Assembly: GCA_045652205.1 (NCBI GenBank)
Contig: JAZRTX010000040.1
Coordinates: 241 to 64,240 of the forward strand
From: Clostridia bacterium
GTDB lineage: Bacteria > Bacillota > Clostridia > Christensenellales > QALW01
Length of the DNA: 64,000 bases
Direction: 5' to 3'
The notes under the pieces are model-generated. The model saw only the letters and a list, made by a program, of their open reading frames with translations. It did not search any database and was not told the origin of the DNA. Made by a program: the position numbers and the translations under genes. Below are positions 29,488-37,887 of this stretch, piece by piece. Each line of letters starts with the position of its first letter. Position 1 is the first letter of the stretch.

Positions 29488-29491
29488 TTGG

Positions 29492-29617
29492 GCGTAACGA
29501 TATAAGCTTCGTAATTCTGTGTTGTGGTAACCGTGAACACTCAGTTACTTACCAAGGATGTAAGCGCCATCGTGTTCAGAACACCACGCCTTGAATTACT
29601 TGCTTCTTTCGTTCCGC
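29492..29617. repeat. Structured dispersed repeat, copy A
   Basis: Nested inverted repeats around the core CTCAGTTACTTAC-N7-GTAAGCGCCATCG; shares fixed segments with the copy at 41876-42027. Confidence 0.7.
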
Positions 29618-29741
29618 GAACGTAATGCTTCTTTCATTCTGCAAAAGCATAATCAAACATAGCTTGCACATTAACAACATATATAATAAAAGAGTTAAGG
29701 CTAAAAACTTAACTCTTTTTTTCAAAAGCGAGGTAAAAATT

Positions 29742-30647
29742 ATGAAGAAAAATGGCGCACTTGATATTATTTTTAAGATTTTTTCAATATTACTTTGTAT
29801 AATCCTTGTACCAACGTTAATTATAACCGTAATTGTTGGTACAGTTTCGGATATGATAAAGCCTGAAACACTTGTAAAAGTAGTAAAAACTGTTGACGTT
29901 CAGCAGATTATTAACGAAACCCCTGATATTTCAGAGGCGCTTGCGGAAGCAAATATTGAACCTGAGGTTATTGAACAGGTCATTGAAAGTAAGGTTGTTG
30001 AAGAAGTTATTTCTTCTTATGCCGAAGATATAAGCAACTACCTTTTAACAGGCGAAAGCAATTTTAATGCAGAAGCAATTAAAAATATTCTTAATGAGAA
30101 TAAGGAAGAAGTAAAAGAAATTCTTGCTGCGGTTGCGCCTGAAGACGTTCCACAGGAAGAAATTGAAGCAGAAATTGATAACTTTATAAACGAAGGTATC
30201 ACGCCTATGTTTAATGAGGTTTTACCTGCACCACAGGAAATTACTCAGGATATCCCTGCTGAGTTTATTGAAATTATTAAGATTTTCAATAGCGGTCTTG
30301 TTACAAAAATCTGCATTGGCGTTTGCGCAGTGCTTGCGTTAATTATCTTGTTGCTTCGTTTAAGGGAATGTTCTTTCTTCATTTGGTACTCTGTTATCTG
30401 TACTGTTACTGCTGTTTTCCTTGCAAGCATTTATTCAGGTATTTCTATGGTGCCTGCAATGCTTCCAAGCGATTTACCTGTACCTGCAAAAACAATTCAG
30501 GATATAATCGGCGTGCTTACACAAAACATTTTAATTACGTTTATCGTTATGTTTGTGCTTGCGGCAGTATTTATGACAAGCTTCTTCTTAATAAGAATGT
30601 TCCGCAACAAAAAGAAACAAGCAAAAGAAGAAATTTTAGAAGCATAA
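29742..30647 (+). CDS. Hypothetical membrane protein
   Basis: One N-terminal and three C-terminal TM helices around an acidic helical domain; GAGGT RBS before the ATG at 29742. Confidence 0.75.
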   Translation: MKKNGALDIIFKIFSILLCIILVPTLIITVIVGTVSDMIKPETLVKVVKTVDVQQIINETPDISEALAEANIEPEVIEQVIESKVVEEVISSYAEDISNYLLTGESNFNAEAIKNILNENKEEVKEILAAVAPEDVPQEEIEAEIDNFINEGITPMFNEVLPAPQEITQDIPAEFIEIIKIFNSGLVTKICIGVCAVLALIILLLRLRECSFFIWYSVICTVTAVFLASIYSGISMVPAMLPSDLPVPAKTIQDIIGVLTQNILITFIVMFVLAAVFMTSFFLIRMFRNKKKQAKEEILEA

Positions 30648-30748
30648 TAAATAAAGGCTCAAAAAGTAATATTTTTGAGCCTTTTATTATTGCCAAAAGA
30701 AAAAGTTGGTGCTACAATATTTAAAGTGAATATTAGGGGGGGATAAGC

Positions 30749-32104
30749 TTGGCAAAGCAGGAGTTTGACGTTACACAGGGTCCTTTATTAAAAAAGGTTT
30801 TGTTATACACCATTCCTATTATATTAACAAGTATTCTGCAACTCTTATTTAATGCTGCCGACTTAATCGTTGTTGGTAGCGCATCAGAAGTTTATGTTGC
30901 CGCAGTTGGTGCAACAAGTGCGGTTGTGCATCTTTGCGTTAATTTGTTTATCGGTTTAAGTAGCGGTATAACGGTTGTAACTGCTACAAAGTTAGGCGCC
31001 AAGGATAATAAAGGTGTTTTTAATGCAGTACATACGGCAATTCCTTTAGCGTTAATAGGAGGCGCGATTTTAACAGTAACAGGCTTATTGATATCAACCC
31101 CGATTCTTACGCTGATGGGTACGCCAAAGGATGTTTTGGATTATTCTACTTTATATATGAAAATATATTTCTGCGGTGCAATTCCAAACCTTGTTTATAA
31201 CTTTGGCGCTTCAATATTAAGGGCGGCAGGTGAAACCAAGGGACCCCTTTATTATTTAACTATCGCAGGCATAATTAACGTTATACTTAACTTTGTATTC
31301 GTTAAATTTTTAGATATGAACGTGGATGGTGTTGCTATTGCTACTGTAATTTCGCAAAGTGTTTCGGCAATCTTGGTATTAAATGCGTTAATTAAAAGAA
31401 CAGATCTGTGCAGGCTTGATTTAAAAGCTATGCGAATTGAAAAAGAATCGTTTTTAGGTATTGTAAAAATTGGATTACCAACAGGGCTGCAAAGTATGCT
31501 GTTTTCAATAGCAAACGTTATGGTGCAATCTTCAATCAATACCTTTGGTCCCGAAGCTTTGGCAGGAAACTCTGCGTGCAGTAACTTTGAAGGCTTTGGT
31601 TATGCAACGTTACATTCCTTTTATCAAACGACCATTACGTTCATCGGGCAAAATATGGGTGCTAAAAAATATGAGCGTATTAAAAAAGTGTACGGCTTAA
31701 ACGTTATGTGTGTTATCTGTGCAGGCGTTGCGTTGGCTGTTATTTATGCTTTTTCAAGCAGATTTTTATTATCACTGTATAACGTTACCGATGAAGTTGG
31801 CGTTGCCTTTGGCTTAACAAGAGTTAAATACGTTGTTTTGCCATATTTGTTATGCGGTCTTTCAGATATAACCGCAGGTGCAATAAGGGCAATGGGCTCA
31901 CCAATCTTACCAACCTTAAACAGTGTAGGCGGTATCTGCGGGTTAAGGCTTTTAATGATCTTTACAATATTTAACGCGTTCCGCACCCCTGAATCCTTGT
32001 TTATTACTTATCCTGTTTCCTGGTCAGTAACCTTTATTTCAGGATTTATCATTTTCTTATTTGTTTATAAAAAAATTAAAAAGAAAGCAGTATTAGAACA
32101 ATAA
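30749..32104 (+). CDS. MATE-family efflux transporter
   Basis: LQLLFNAADLIVVG, LRAAGETKGPL, GVAIATVISQ; about 12 TM helices. Confidence 0.93.
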   Translation: MAKQEFDVTQGPLLKKVLLYTIPIILTSILQLLFNAADLIVVGSASEVYVAAVGATSAVVHLCVNLFIGLSSGITVVTATKLGAKDNKGVFNAVHTAIPLALIGGAILTVTGLLISTPILTLMGTPKDVLDYSTLYMKIYFCGAIPNLVYNFGASILRAAGETKGPLYYLTIAGIINVILNFVFVKFLDMNVDGVAIATVISQSVSAILVLNALIKRTDLCRLDLKAMRIEKESFLGIVKIGLPTGLQSMLFSIANVMVQSSINTFGPEALAGNSACSNFEGFGYATLHSFYQTTITFIGQNMGAKKYERIKKVYGLNVMCVICAGVALAVIYAFSSRFLLSLYNVTDEVGVAFGLTRVKYVVLPYLLCGLSDITAGAIRAMGSPILPTLNSVGGICGLRLLMIFTIFNAFRTPESLFITYPVSWSVTFISGFIIFLFVYKKIKKKAVLEQ

Positions 32105-32129
32105 AAAAAGCACCCGAAAGGGTGCTTTT
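32103..32129. terminator. Bidirectional terminator (GCACCC-N4-GGGTGC family)
   Basis: AAAAAAAGCACCC-GAAA-GGGTGCTTTT. Confidence 0.85.
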
Positions 32130-32135
32130 AGTTTT

Positions 32136-32915
32136 TTATCCACCAATCTGTGCTTTAATTCCTGTTTGTAATGCTGTTTGTAAAAGCGTTTCCATCTGTT
32201 CAGGAGTTGGTGTTTTAATATGATGCATTGAATATTCTCTGTTTAAGCCTTTATACTTATCAACGCCAAATGGGTGATAGGGTAAAAGGTGCATTTCCTT
32301 AACACCGATAGAAAGCGCATATCTTGCAATAGCCTCAATTTCCTGGGGTGTATCGTTAAATGTAGGAATTACAGGCACGCGCACAATTAATCTTACACCG
32401 CTGTGTGCAATCTTTTGTGCGTTTTCTAAAATTAATTCGTTAGGCTGAGTAGTAAATTCATTGTGTTTAGCGCTATCAATATGCTTGATATCCATTAAAA
32501 CGGTATCAAGGTGTGGTAAAAACCTTGCAACTGTTTCCCAAGGAACGCAGGCGGTAGTTTCAATAGCAGTATTGATTCCGCGGGCGTGGGCTTCTTCTAA
32601 AAGAGCCACCGCAAAATCAGGCTGACACATTGATTCACCACCTGAAAGAGTGATTCCGCCACCTGAACGCCTAAAATAAATACGGTCCTTTTCAACCTCG
32701 TTAAGAACTTCTTCAACAGTAACGTCTTTACCAACTATTTTAGTTTTGCCGTCCTGTACCATTTCCTGAATCTTATATTCCTGCGATTCAGGGTTGCAAC
32801 ACCATCTGCATCTTAAAACGCAACCTTTTAAGAACACAATGGTGCGGATACCGGGACCGTCATGAACGGAGAACTTTTGAATATCAAAAATTCTTCCCTT
32901 AGTATCTAATGCCAT
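32136..32915 (-). CDS. Glycyl-radical enzyme activase (short form, no ferredoxin insert)
   Basis: [32 protein letters not shown]. Confidence 0.93.
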   Translation of the reverse strand: MALDTKGRIFDIQKFSVHDGPGIRTIVFLKGCVLRCRWCCNPESQEYKIQEMVQDGKTKIVGKDVTVEEVLNEVEKDRIYFRRSGGGITLSGGESMCQPDFAVALLEEAHARGINTAIETTACVPWETVARFLPHLDTVLMDIKHIDSAKHNEFTTQPNELILENAQKIAHSGVRLIVRVPVIPTFNDTPQEIEAIARYALSIGVKEMHLLPYHPFGVDKYKGLNREYSMHHIKTPTPEQMETLLQTALQTGIKAQIGG

Positions 32916-35443
32916 TAAAAGCCTCCCTGTTCGGTACGGTTAATAATATCATCTTGAAGTGAACGTGAAAGGGTTGTAAACAATGCGCTGTAACCTGCAA
33001 CACGAACAACAAGGGATTTGTAGTTTTCAGGGTGCTTCTGCGCGTCAATAAGGGTTTCTCTGCTTACAACGTTAAACTGCATATGGCTACCCTTTTGGTC
33101 AAAGTAACCGCGTACAAGTGAAACAAAGCTTTCAAGACCTGCTCTGCCTTTAAGGGCGCTTGGATGGAACTTCATATTATAAAGTGTACCGTTTGAAGCA
33201 ATAAAGTGGTCAAGGCGTGAAACAGAGTTTGCTGCTGCGGTAGGACCTGAAACGTCTCTGCCTGCTGCAGGTGAAACACCGTCAGCAATAGGAGTATAGG
33301 CAAGTCTTCCGTCAGGTGTAGCGCCTGTCTGTGCGCCTAAAGGAACGTTAGCGGAAACAGGGTATAAGCCTGCGTGGAACTTACCGCCGCGTGGGTTATC
33401 AAATTTTTCAAGCTCACGGGTATAAACGTATGCAACGTCACGTGCAAAAGCATCAATTTCGTGTAAGTCGTTACCAAACTTATCCTGTGCGTTAATATCG
33501 TCAAGAAGTTTTCCGTAAAAAGCCTTCTTTTCTTCTGTACAGGGGTTAGCGGCAACCTTCTTATAAATGTTTAAAATGTTTTCGTTATCGGGTGTTACGC
33601 CGTTTTTGTGTAATTCAAGAACAACCTTTGTGGTAAGCTTTTGTGCCATCGCAGGATCCATATCCTTACCAAAGTTGTTTTCAACTGCTTCCTTAAAATC
33701 AGCTAAGGTATATTTCTTCTGTTCAAAAACAAGCTTTTTGATTGCCCAAAGCGCGTCAGCCATATTAGCAACACCAAAGCCCTGTGGACCTGTAAAGTTG
33801 TATACTGCACCACCTTCCTGAACACTCTTACCACGCTTGATACAATCATCAACCATTGATGAAAGGAAAGGTAAGGGTGCGCGTTCTGCGTGGGCAACGT
33901 CAATAGCGTTGTCAGCGTTAACCATCAGGCTAACCATATAATCGCTTTGCTTTTTGTAAGCATCAAAGATTTCTTCAAAGGTGGTCATGCTTGTTACGGC
34001 AGGGGTCTTAGGACCAACCTGAACGCCTTTATCAACACCTTGTGAAAATACCATTTCCAAAGGTCTTAACATATTAAAGAATGCGGCATCGTGCCAACCG
34101 TCAGTTTTACCTGATTTCTGAGGCTCAACGCAACCGATGATGTTGTAATCGCGGGCATCCTGAATAGTAAGGCCACGGCTTGCAAGTGAAGGAATAATAA
34201 CTTCATCATTGTAGTATGCGGGCAAACCAATACCTGTTCTTGTAACTTCACCGGCCTTAATCATAAATTCGTGGGGTGTAAGGTTCCAAACACGAACTGA
34301 AAGTGATGGGGCAGGAAGCAAGGTGTGTAATGATGCTTCCAAACACATATAACTCATATCGTTTGTAGCGTCAACACCGTCAGAATTTTGTCCGCCTGCG
34401 ATAAGGTTCTGGAACATTGAATAGCCTGCAAAACCTTCTGCAGAAGCAAGGTCGCGTACTTTTGAAAGATCGTTAAGCTTTATCCAAACACAGTCAACAA
34501 GCTCCTGAGCCTGTTCTAAGGTAATTTTACCTGCATCAATATCCTTTTTATAGAAAGGATACATATACTGGTCAAAACGTCCGGGTGAGATGGAGTGTCC
34601 TGAAGATTCCATCTGAATAAGAAGCTGAATAAACCAGAAGGACTGGCAAGCTTCATGGAAACTTTTTGCAGGGTTCATAGGAACGTTTTTGCAGTTTAAA
34701 GCAATCTGTAAGAGTTCAGCCTTACGAGTGGGATCAGTTTCCTTATTGGCTAATTCTTCAGCTAAAACGCTATAACGCATAGCGTATTCAATAACAGCGT
34801 CAATACTGATAATAACTGATTCAAGGAAGTGGCTTTTCTTAACGTAATTACCATCGGTGATCTTAATTGATTTAAGCTCGTTTTCTGCTTCTTCACGAAT
34901 ACCTTTAAGACCCTTATTTAAAACCTTACCGTAATCAACGGTAACGTGACCAACGCCGTTATAGAAATAGTTACCGGGGGTAAAGAAATTGTGCTCAATA
35001 GCCAATAAGGTTTCAGGTGCCATATACTCGGTTGCAAGCTCACTTGTGGTTTTGCCTGCCCAATAAGCATTTGCTTTCTTTAATCTTGCCTTTGTGTCTT
35101 CTGAAATTACAAACGGATCGGCTGAACGTGTTTCAAGCGTATCAAATTCATCTTCAAGCCAAGAATAAGAAAATTCAGGGAAGGTCTGGCAGCTTCTTGG
35201 TGCCTTTGTTGCAGCACCAACAACCAATTCCAAAGGTCTGATTGTAATAGGAATATTCCTTAAAATATTCTGGAATGCCTTTGCCTTACGGATAACCATA
35301 GGTTCGGCTTCCGTTTTCATAAAGGATTCAGTCATTAATTCTGCACGGTCAGCCTCAATCTGTGGCTTTGTTGCATAAAGATGGTCAATTAATTTCTGAA
35401 TTCTTGGTGATTTTTCAATTCCTGTTAAAAGTCTTTGATCCAT
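32915..35443 (-). CDS. Glycyl-radical (B12-independent) 1,2-propanediol dehydratase
   Basis: GCVEP, RVAGY, NGVGH, ESSGHSIS, GYSMFQN and YPVSA. The Phe/Val residues match propanediol rather than glycerol dehydratase. Confidence 0.82.
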   Translation of the reverse strand: MDQRLLTGIEKSPRIQKLIDHLYATKPQIEADRAELMTESFMKTEAEPMVIRKAKAFQNILRNIPITIRPLELVVGAATKAPRSCQTFPEFSYSWLEDEFDTLETRSADPFVISEDTKARLKKANAYWAGKTTSELATEYMAPETLLAIEHNFFTPGNYFYNGVGHVTVDYGKVLNKGLKGIREEAENELKSIKITDGNYVKKSHFLESVIISIDAVIEYAMRYSVLAEELANKETDPTRKAELLQIALNCKNVPMNPAKSFHEACQSFWFIQLLIQMESSGHSISPGRFDQYMYPFYKKDIDAGKITLEQAQELVDCVWIKLNDLSKVRDLASAEGFAGYSMFQNLIAGGQNSDGVDATNDMSYMCLEASLHTLLPAPSLSVRVWNLTPHEFMIKAGEVTRTGIGLPAYYNDEVIIPSLASRGLTIQDARDYNIIGCVEPQKSGKTDGWHDAAFFNMLRPLEMVFSQGVDKGVQVGPKTPAVTSMTTFEEIFDAYKKQSDYMVSLMVNADNAIDVAHAERAPLPFLSSMVDDCIKRGKSVQEGGAVYNFTGPQGFGVANMADALWAIKKLVFEQKKYTLADFKEAVENNFGKDMDPAMAQKLTTKVVLELHKNGVTPDNENILNIYKKVAANPCTEEKKAFYGKLLDDINAQDKFGNDLHEIDAFARDVAYVYTRELEKFDNPRGGKFHAGLYPVSANVPLGAQTGATPDGRLAYTPIADGVSPAAGRDVSGPTAAANSVSRLDHFIASNGTLYNMKFHPSALKGRAGLESFVSLVRGYFDQKGSHMQFNVVSRETLIDAQKHPENYKSLVVRVAGYSALFTTLSRSLQDDIINRTEQGGF

Positions 35444-35484
35444 ATATATTACTCCTTATTTAAGGTGATATCTCTCCGTATCAT

Positions 35485-35513
35485 ATTTTACACCTAAAAC
35501 AAGCAAATGTCAA
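35485..35513 (-). promoter_or_regulatory. Promoter of the dehydratase operon
   Basis: Minus strand TTGACA, 17 bp, TAAAAT. Confidence 0.7.
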
Positions 35514-35662
35514 CACAAAACAAACAAAAAAAGGTAGAAAAAACGCAAATTCAAAAACAAAAATGGCAAAAACAAACAAAAAACAGGGAAAAACACAACA
35601 AAAAGTCTGTAAAACAAAAAAATAAAGGAGAGCCATCTCTCCTTTTAATAAAAAATGTTTTT

Positions 35663-35926
35663 TTAGCACGTTCCGCAGTTGCCAAAATTGTTGCAAGAAC
35701 AGTTGTTATTTGAGCAGTTGCAACCGCAATTGCATCCGTTATTTGTATTGCTTAAAATTCCGTTTGAGTTATTATTAAACAAAAGAACCAAAAGCACAAG
35801 CCACCAGTTATTATTACAAGTATTGTTGTTTAAAAATAAAATAATCAAAAAGAAAATAAGTAAAGATGAATTATCAAAAGTATTTCCAGAAGAACAGTCG
35901 TTTGTAAAACAGTTATTACATTCCAT
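35663..35926 (-). CDS. Small Cys/Asn-rich hydrophobic protein, probably spore-associated
   Basis: AAGGAGG RBS; two hydrophobic blocks flanked by C/N-rich tracts; sigma-E-like CATAAT-N14-CATACATT upstream; terminator at about 35624-35647. Confidence 0.7.
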   Translation of the reverse strand: MECNNCFTNDCSSGNTFDNSSLLIFFLIILFLNNNTCNNNWWLVLLVLLFNNNSNGILSNTNNGCNCGCNCSNNNCSCNNFGNCGTC

Positions 35927-36078
35927 AAAAAGAACCTCCTTTTAACGTTTAATAAAATGTATGACGGTTTTTGCAAGATTATGTGCTTTTCTTTGTAACA
36001 CAAAAAAATGAAAAAACATATTATACAAATGTAAGCACGTTCTTACAAATAAAATTCTTTTATAAAGGAGTATTAAAT

Positions 36079-36306
36079 ATGGGTAAATTCTTCTCATCAG
36101 GTTCTGACTGCGGATGCAACGATTGTACATGGATCATCATCTTATTGATTATCCTTTTCTGCTGCGGCTCAAATAATGGTTCTTGCGGTGGCTTTGGTGG
36201 TGGCGATAACTGCTGCTGGATCATCATCTTAATTCTTATTATTTGCTGCTGCTGCGGTGGCTCATCAAACGATAATTGCAACAATCAGGTAGGCTGCGGT
36301 TGCTAA
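36079..36306 (+). CDS. Small Cys/Gly-rich repeat protein, probably spore-associated
   Basis: AAAGGAG RBS; two WIIILxII..CC repeats; sigma-K/E-like CATATTATA upstream; terminator downstream. Confidence 0.75.
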   Translation: MGKFFSSGSDCGCNDCTWIIILLIILFCCGSNNGSCGGFGGGDNCCWIIILILIICCCCGGSSNDNCNNQVGCGC

Positions 36307-36312
36307 ATAGAA

Positions 36313-36341
36313 TAAGGCGGAGTAAACACTCCGCCTTTTTT
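36313..36341. terminator. Bidirectional terminator
   Basis: AAGGCGGAGT-AAAC-ACTCCGCCTTTTT. Confidence 0.8.
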
Positions 36342-36534
36342 ATTCAAAATCTTCATTTGTAACACACTCATTTTTTATAGTGCTTAAAAGCCTGATGTAT
36401 TGCTTTTTCTTTGCTTCTAAATTAAAAATAGCATAATCAATATCTTCTTTTGTTATGGCATTATTAAAAACCGCTATGGCGTGGTGCCATTGTTTTTTTG
36501 CTTGCTCAAGCTCGTACTCGTTATTGTTTTCCAT
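36340..36534 (-). CDS. YaaL/DUF2508-family protein
   Basis: AKKQW...F...DIDYAIFNLEAKKKQYIRLL. Confidence 0.75.
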   Translation of the reverse strand: MENNNEYELEQAKKQWHHAIAVFNNAITKEDIDYAIFNLEAKKKQYIRLLSTIKNECVTNEDFE

Positions 36535-36618
36535 AAAAAAATCCCTCCGCTAAAAACTATTCAGCGAAGGGTAATTTTATTCAAAAAAACTAATTATGTA
36601 AATATGAATATATGTGCA

Positions 36619-37572
36619 TTAGTCCTCTGTTTTCTTATAAAGACGCCTATTATCCAAAAGCCATTGTTTTTCAGAGAAGCCACCTTCATTAACGGAAGAA
36701 AGTGCCTTTTTAAAGTCAAACATTCTTGCATCAATCATATCAAGATAGTGTAACATTTCGGCTTCAGGGAACATAGGTCTTCTTACTGCGCCAAACTCAG
36801 GCTCATAGTGGTGTGAGATAAGCATGTGTTGCAACAAGATGGTAGTTTCATCACTTGCACCAACTGCCTTTGATGCTTCCTGAATAACAAGGGGGCCCTG
36901 AACAATATGCCCAAGTAAAAGACCTTTTTTAGTGTAGTCAGAAACTAAACCAAGCTCGGAAGATTCCATTTCTTCGGTTTTTTCCAAATCGTGCAAAATA
37001 ACACCTGCAAAGAGCCAATCGGTGTTTAAATCGGTGTAAATCTTGCTTAATGCATCAGCAGAAGCCAGCATAGTAGTTGTGTGATATAAAAGACCTGAAC
37101 GGATTGAATGATGGTTAGCCTGTGCGGCGGGGTAGTATAAAAGCTTTTCTTTTCTGAGATTAACGGCGTAGGTAACAATATCCCTTATGTCGTCTTTTTT
37201 AATTCTGTTAATATATTCCTGAACAGTTTTAAACATTTCTTCGCTTGTTTTAGGTGCAGAAGGTGTAAAATCGGTAATAGAAACAGGATCGTCTTCAGTT
37301 GCAATACGGATTCTTTCAATCTTCATTTGTAAAGCATTCATCCAGGAAACCACGTTTCCTCGCACTTTAACTAAAATATGAGGCTTGTAATCCTTAAACT
37401 GTTCTTCGGTATAATTCCATATTTTGCCGTTGATTTCGCCTTTTTGGTCAGCAAGCACCATATCAACGTAGCTTTTGCCTGTCTGTCCTGTTTTTACGTT
37501 AAAGGATTTAATCAGCACAAAGCCTTCAAAGGAATCCCCTGCCTGAAGCTCATTTAATAATTTTTGTTCCAT
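36619..37572 (-). CDS. yhaM: 3'-5' exoribonuclease YhaM (OB fold plus HD domain)
   Basis: YPAAQANHH...GLLYHT, ILHDLEK, GLLLGHI, ISHH, LDMIDA. Confidence 0.9.
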   Translation of the reverse strand: MEQKLLNELQAGDSFEGFVLIKSFNVKTGQTGKSYVDMVLADQKGEINGKIWNYTEEQFKDYKPHILVKVRGNVVSWMNALQMKIERIRIATEDDPVSITDFTPSAPKTSEEMFKTVQEYINRIKKDDIRDIVTYAVNLRKEKLLYYPAAQANHHSIRSGLLYHTTTMLASADALSKIYTDLNTDWLFAGVILHDLEKTEEMESSELGLVSDYTKKGLLLGHIVQGPLVIQEASKAVGASDETTILLQHMLISHHYEPEFGAVRRPMFPEAEMLHYLDMIDARMFDFKKALSSVNEGGFSEKQWLLDNRRLYKKTED

Positions 37573-37652
37573 AAAAATCACCTTAAAAATATTCTTTTAA
37601 TAATTATATCATAAACGGGGTAAAATATAAAGAAAAATAAAGGAGAATTTTT

Positions 37653-37751
37653 ATGAAAAAGCAAAAAAAGATTAAATCAGACGTTTTAGGCAGTTACACA
37701 GGTCTTGCAGAAGACGGTTCAAGACCAACACAGGATGTTGACGATTTATGA
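37653..37751 (+). CDS. 32-aa small protein (not in ORF track)
   Basis: MKKQKKIKSDVLGSYTGLAEDGSRPTQDVDDL, with AAGGAG 7 nt upstream of the ATG. Confidence 0.7.
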   Translation: MKKQKKIKSDVLGSYTGLAEDGSRPTQDVDDL

Positions 37752-37887
37752 AAAACTCTAAAAAAACCTAATATTTCTTTTTATTCTTAACCCCAAAGCG
37801 ACAAAAAAGGGACAGGCAGTTATATACAATATATGTATAGAATGTTTAAATAACTTGATTTAAGAAACATTAAAGTGGGGGATTAAG

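Noticed and set aside
35481..35713. Lys/Gln-rich and Phe-rich ORFs over the A-tract region
   Set aside because: They are by-products of the low-complexity promoter array.
35663..36306. Cys-rich peptides as RiPP (ranthipeptide/sactipeptide) precursors
   Set aside because: There is no SPASM maturase, peptidase or exporter nearby. The nearest radical SAM gene is a GRE activase, and the hydrophobic blocks fit structural proteins better.
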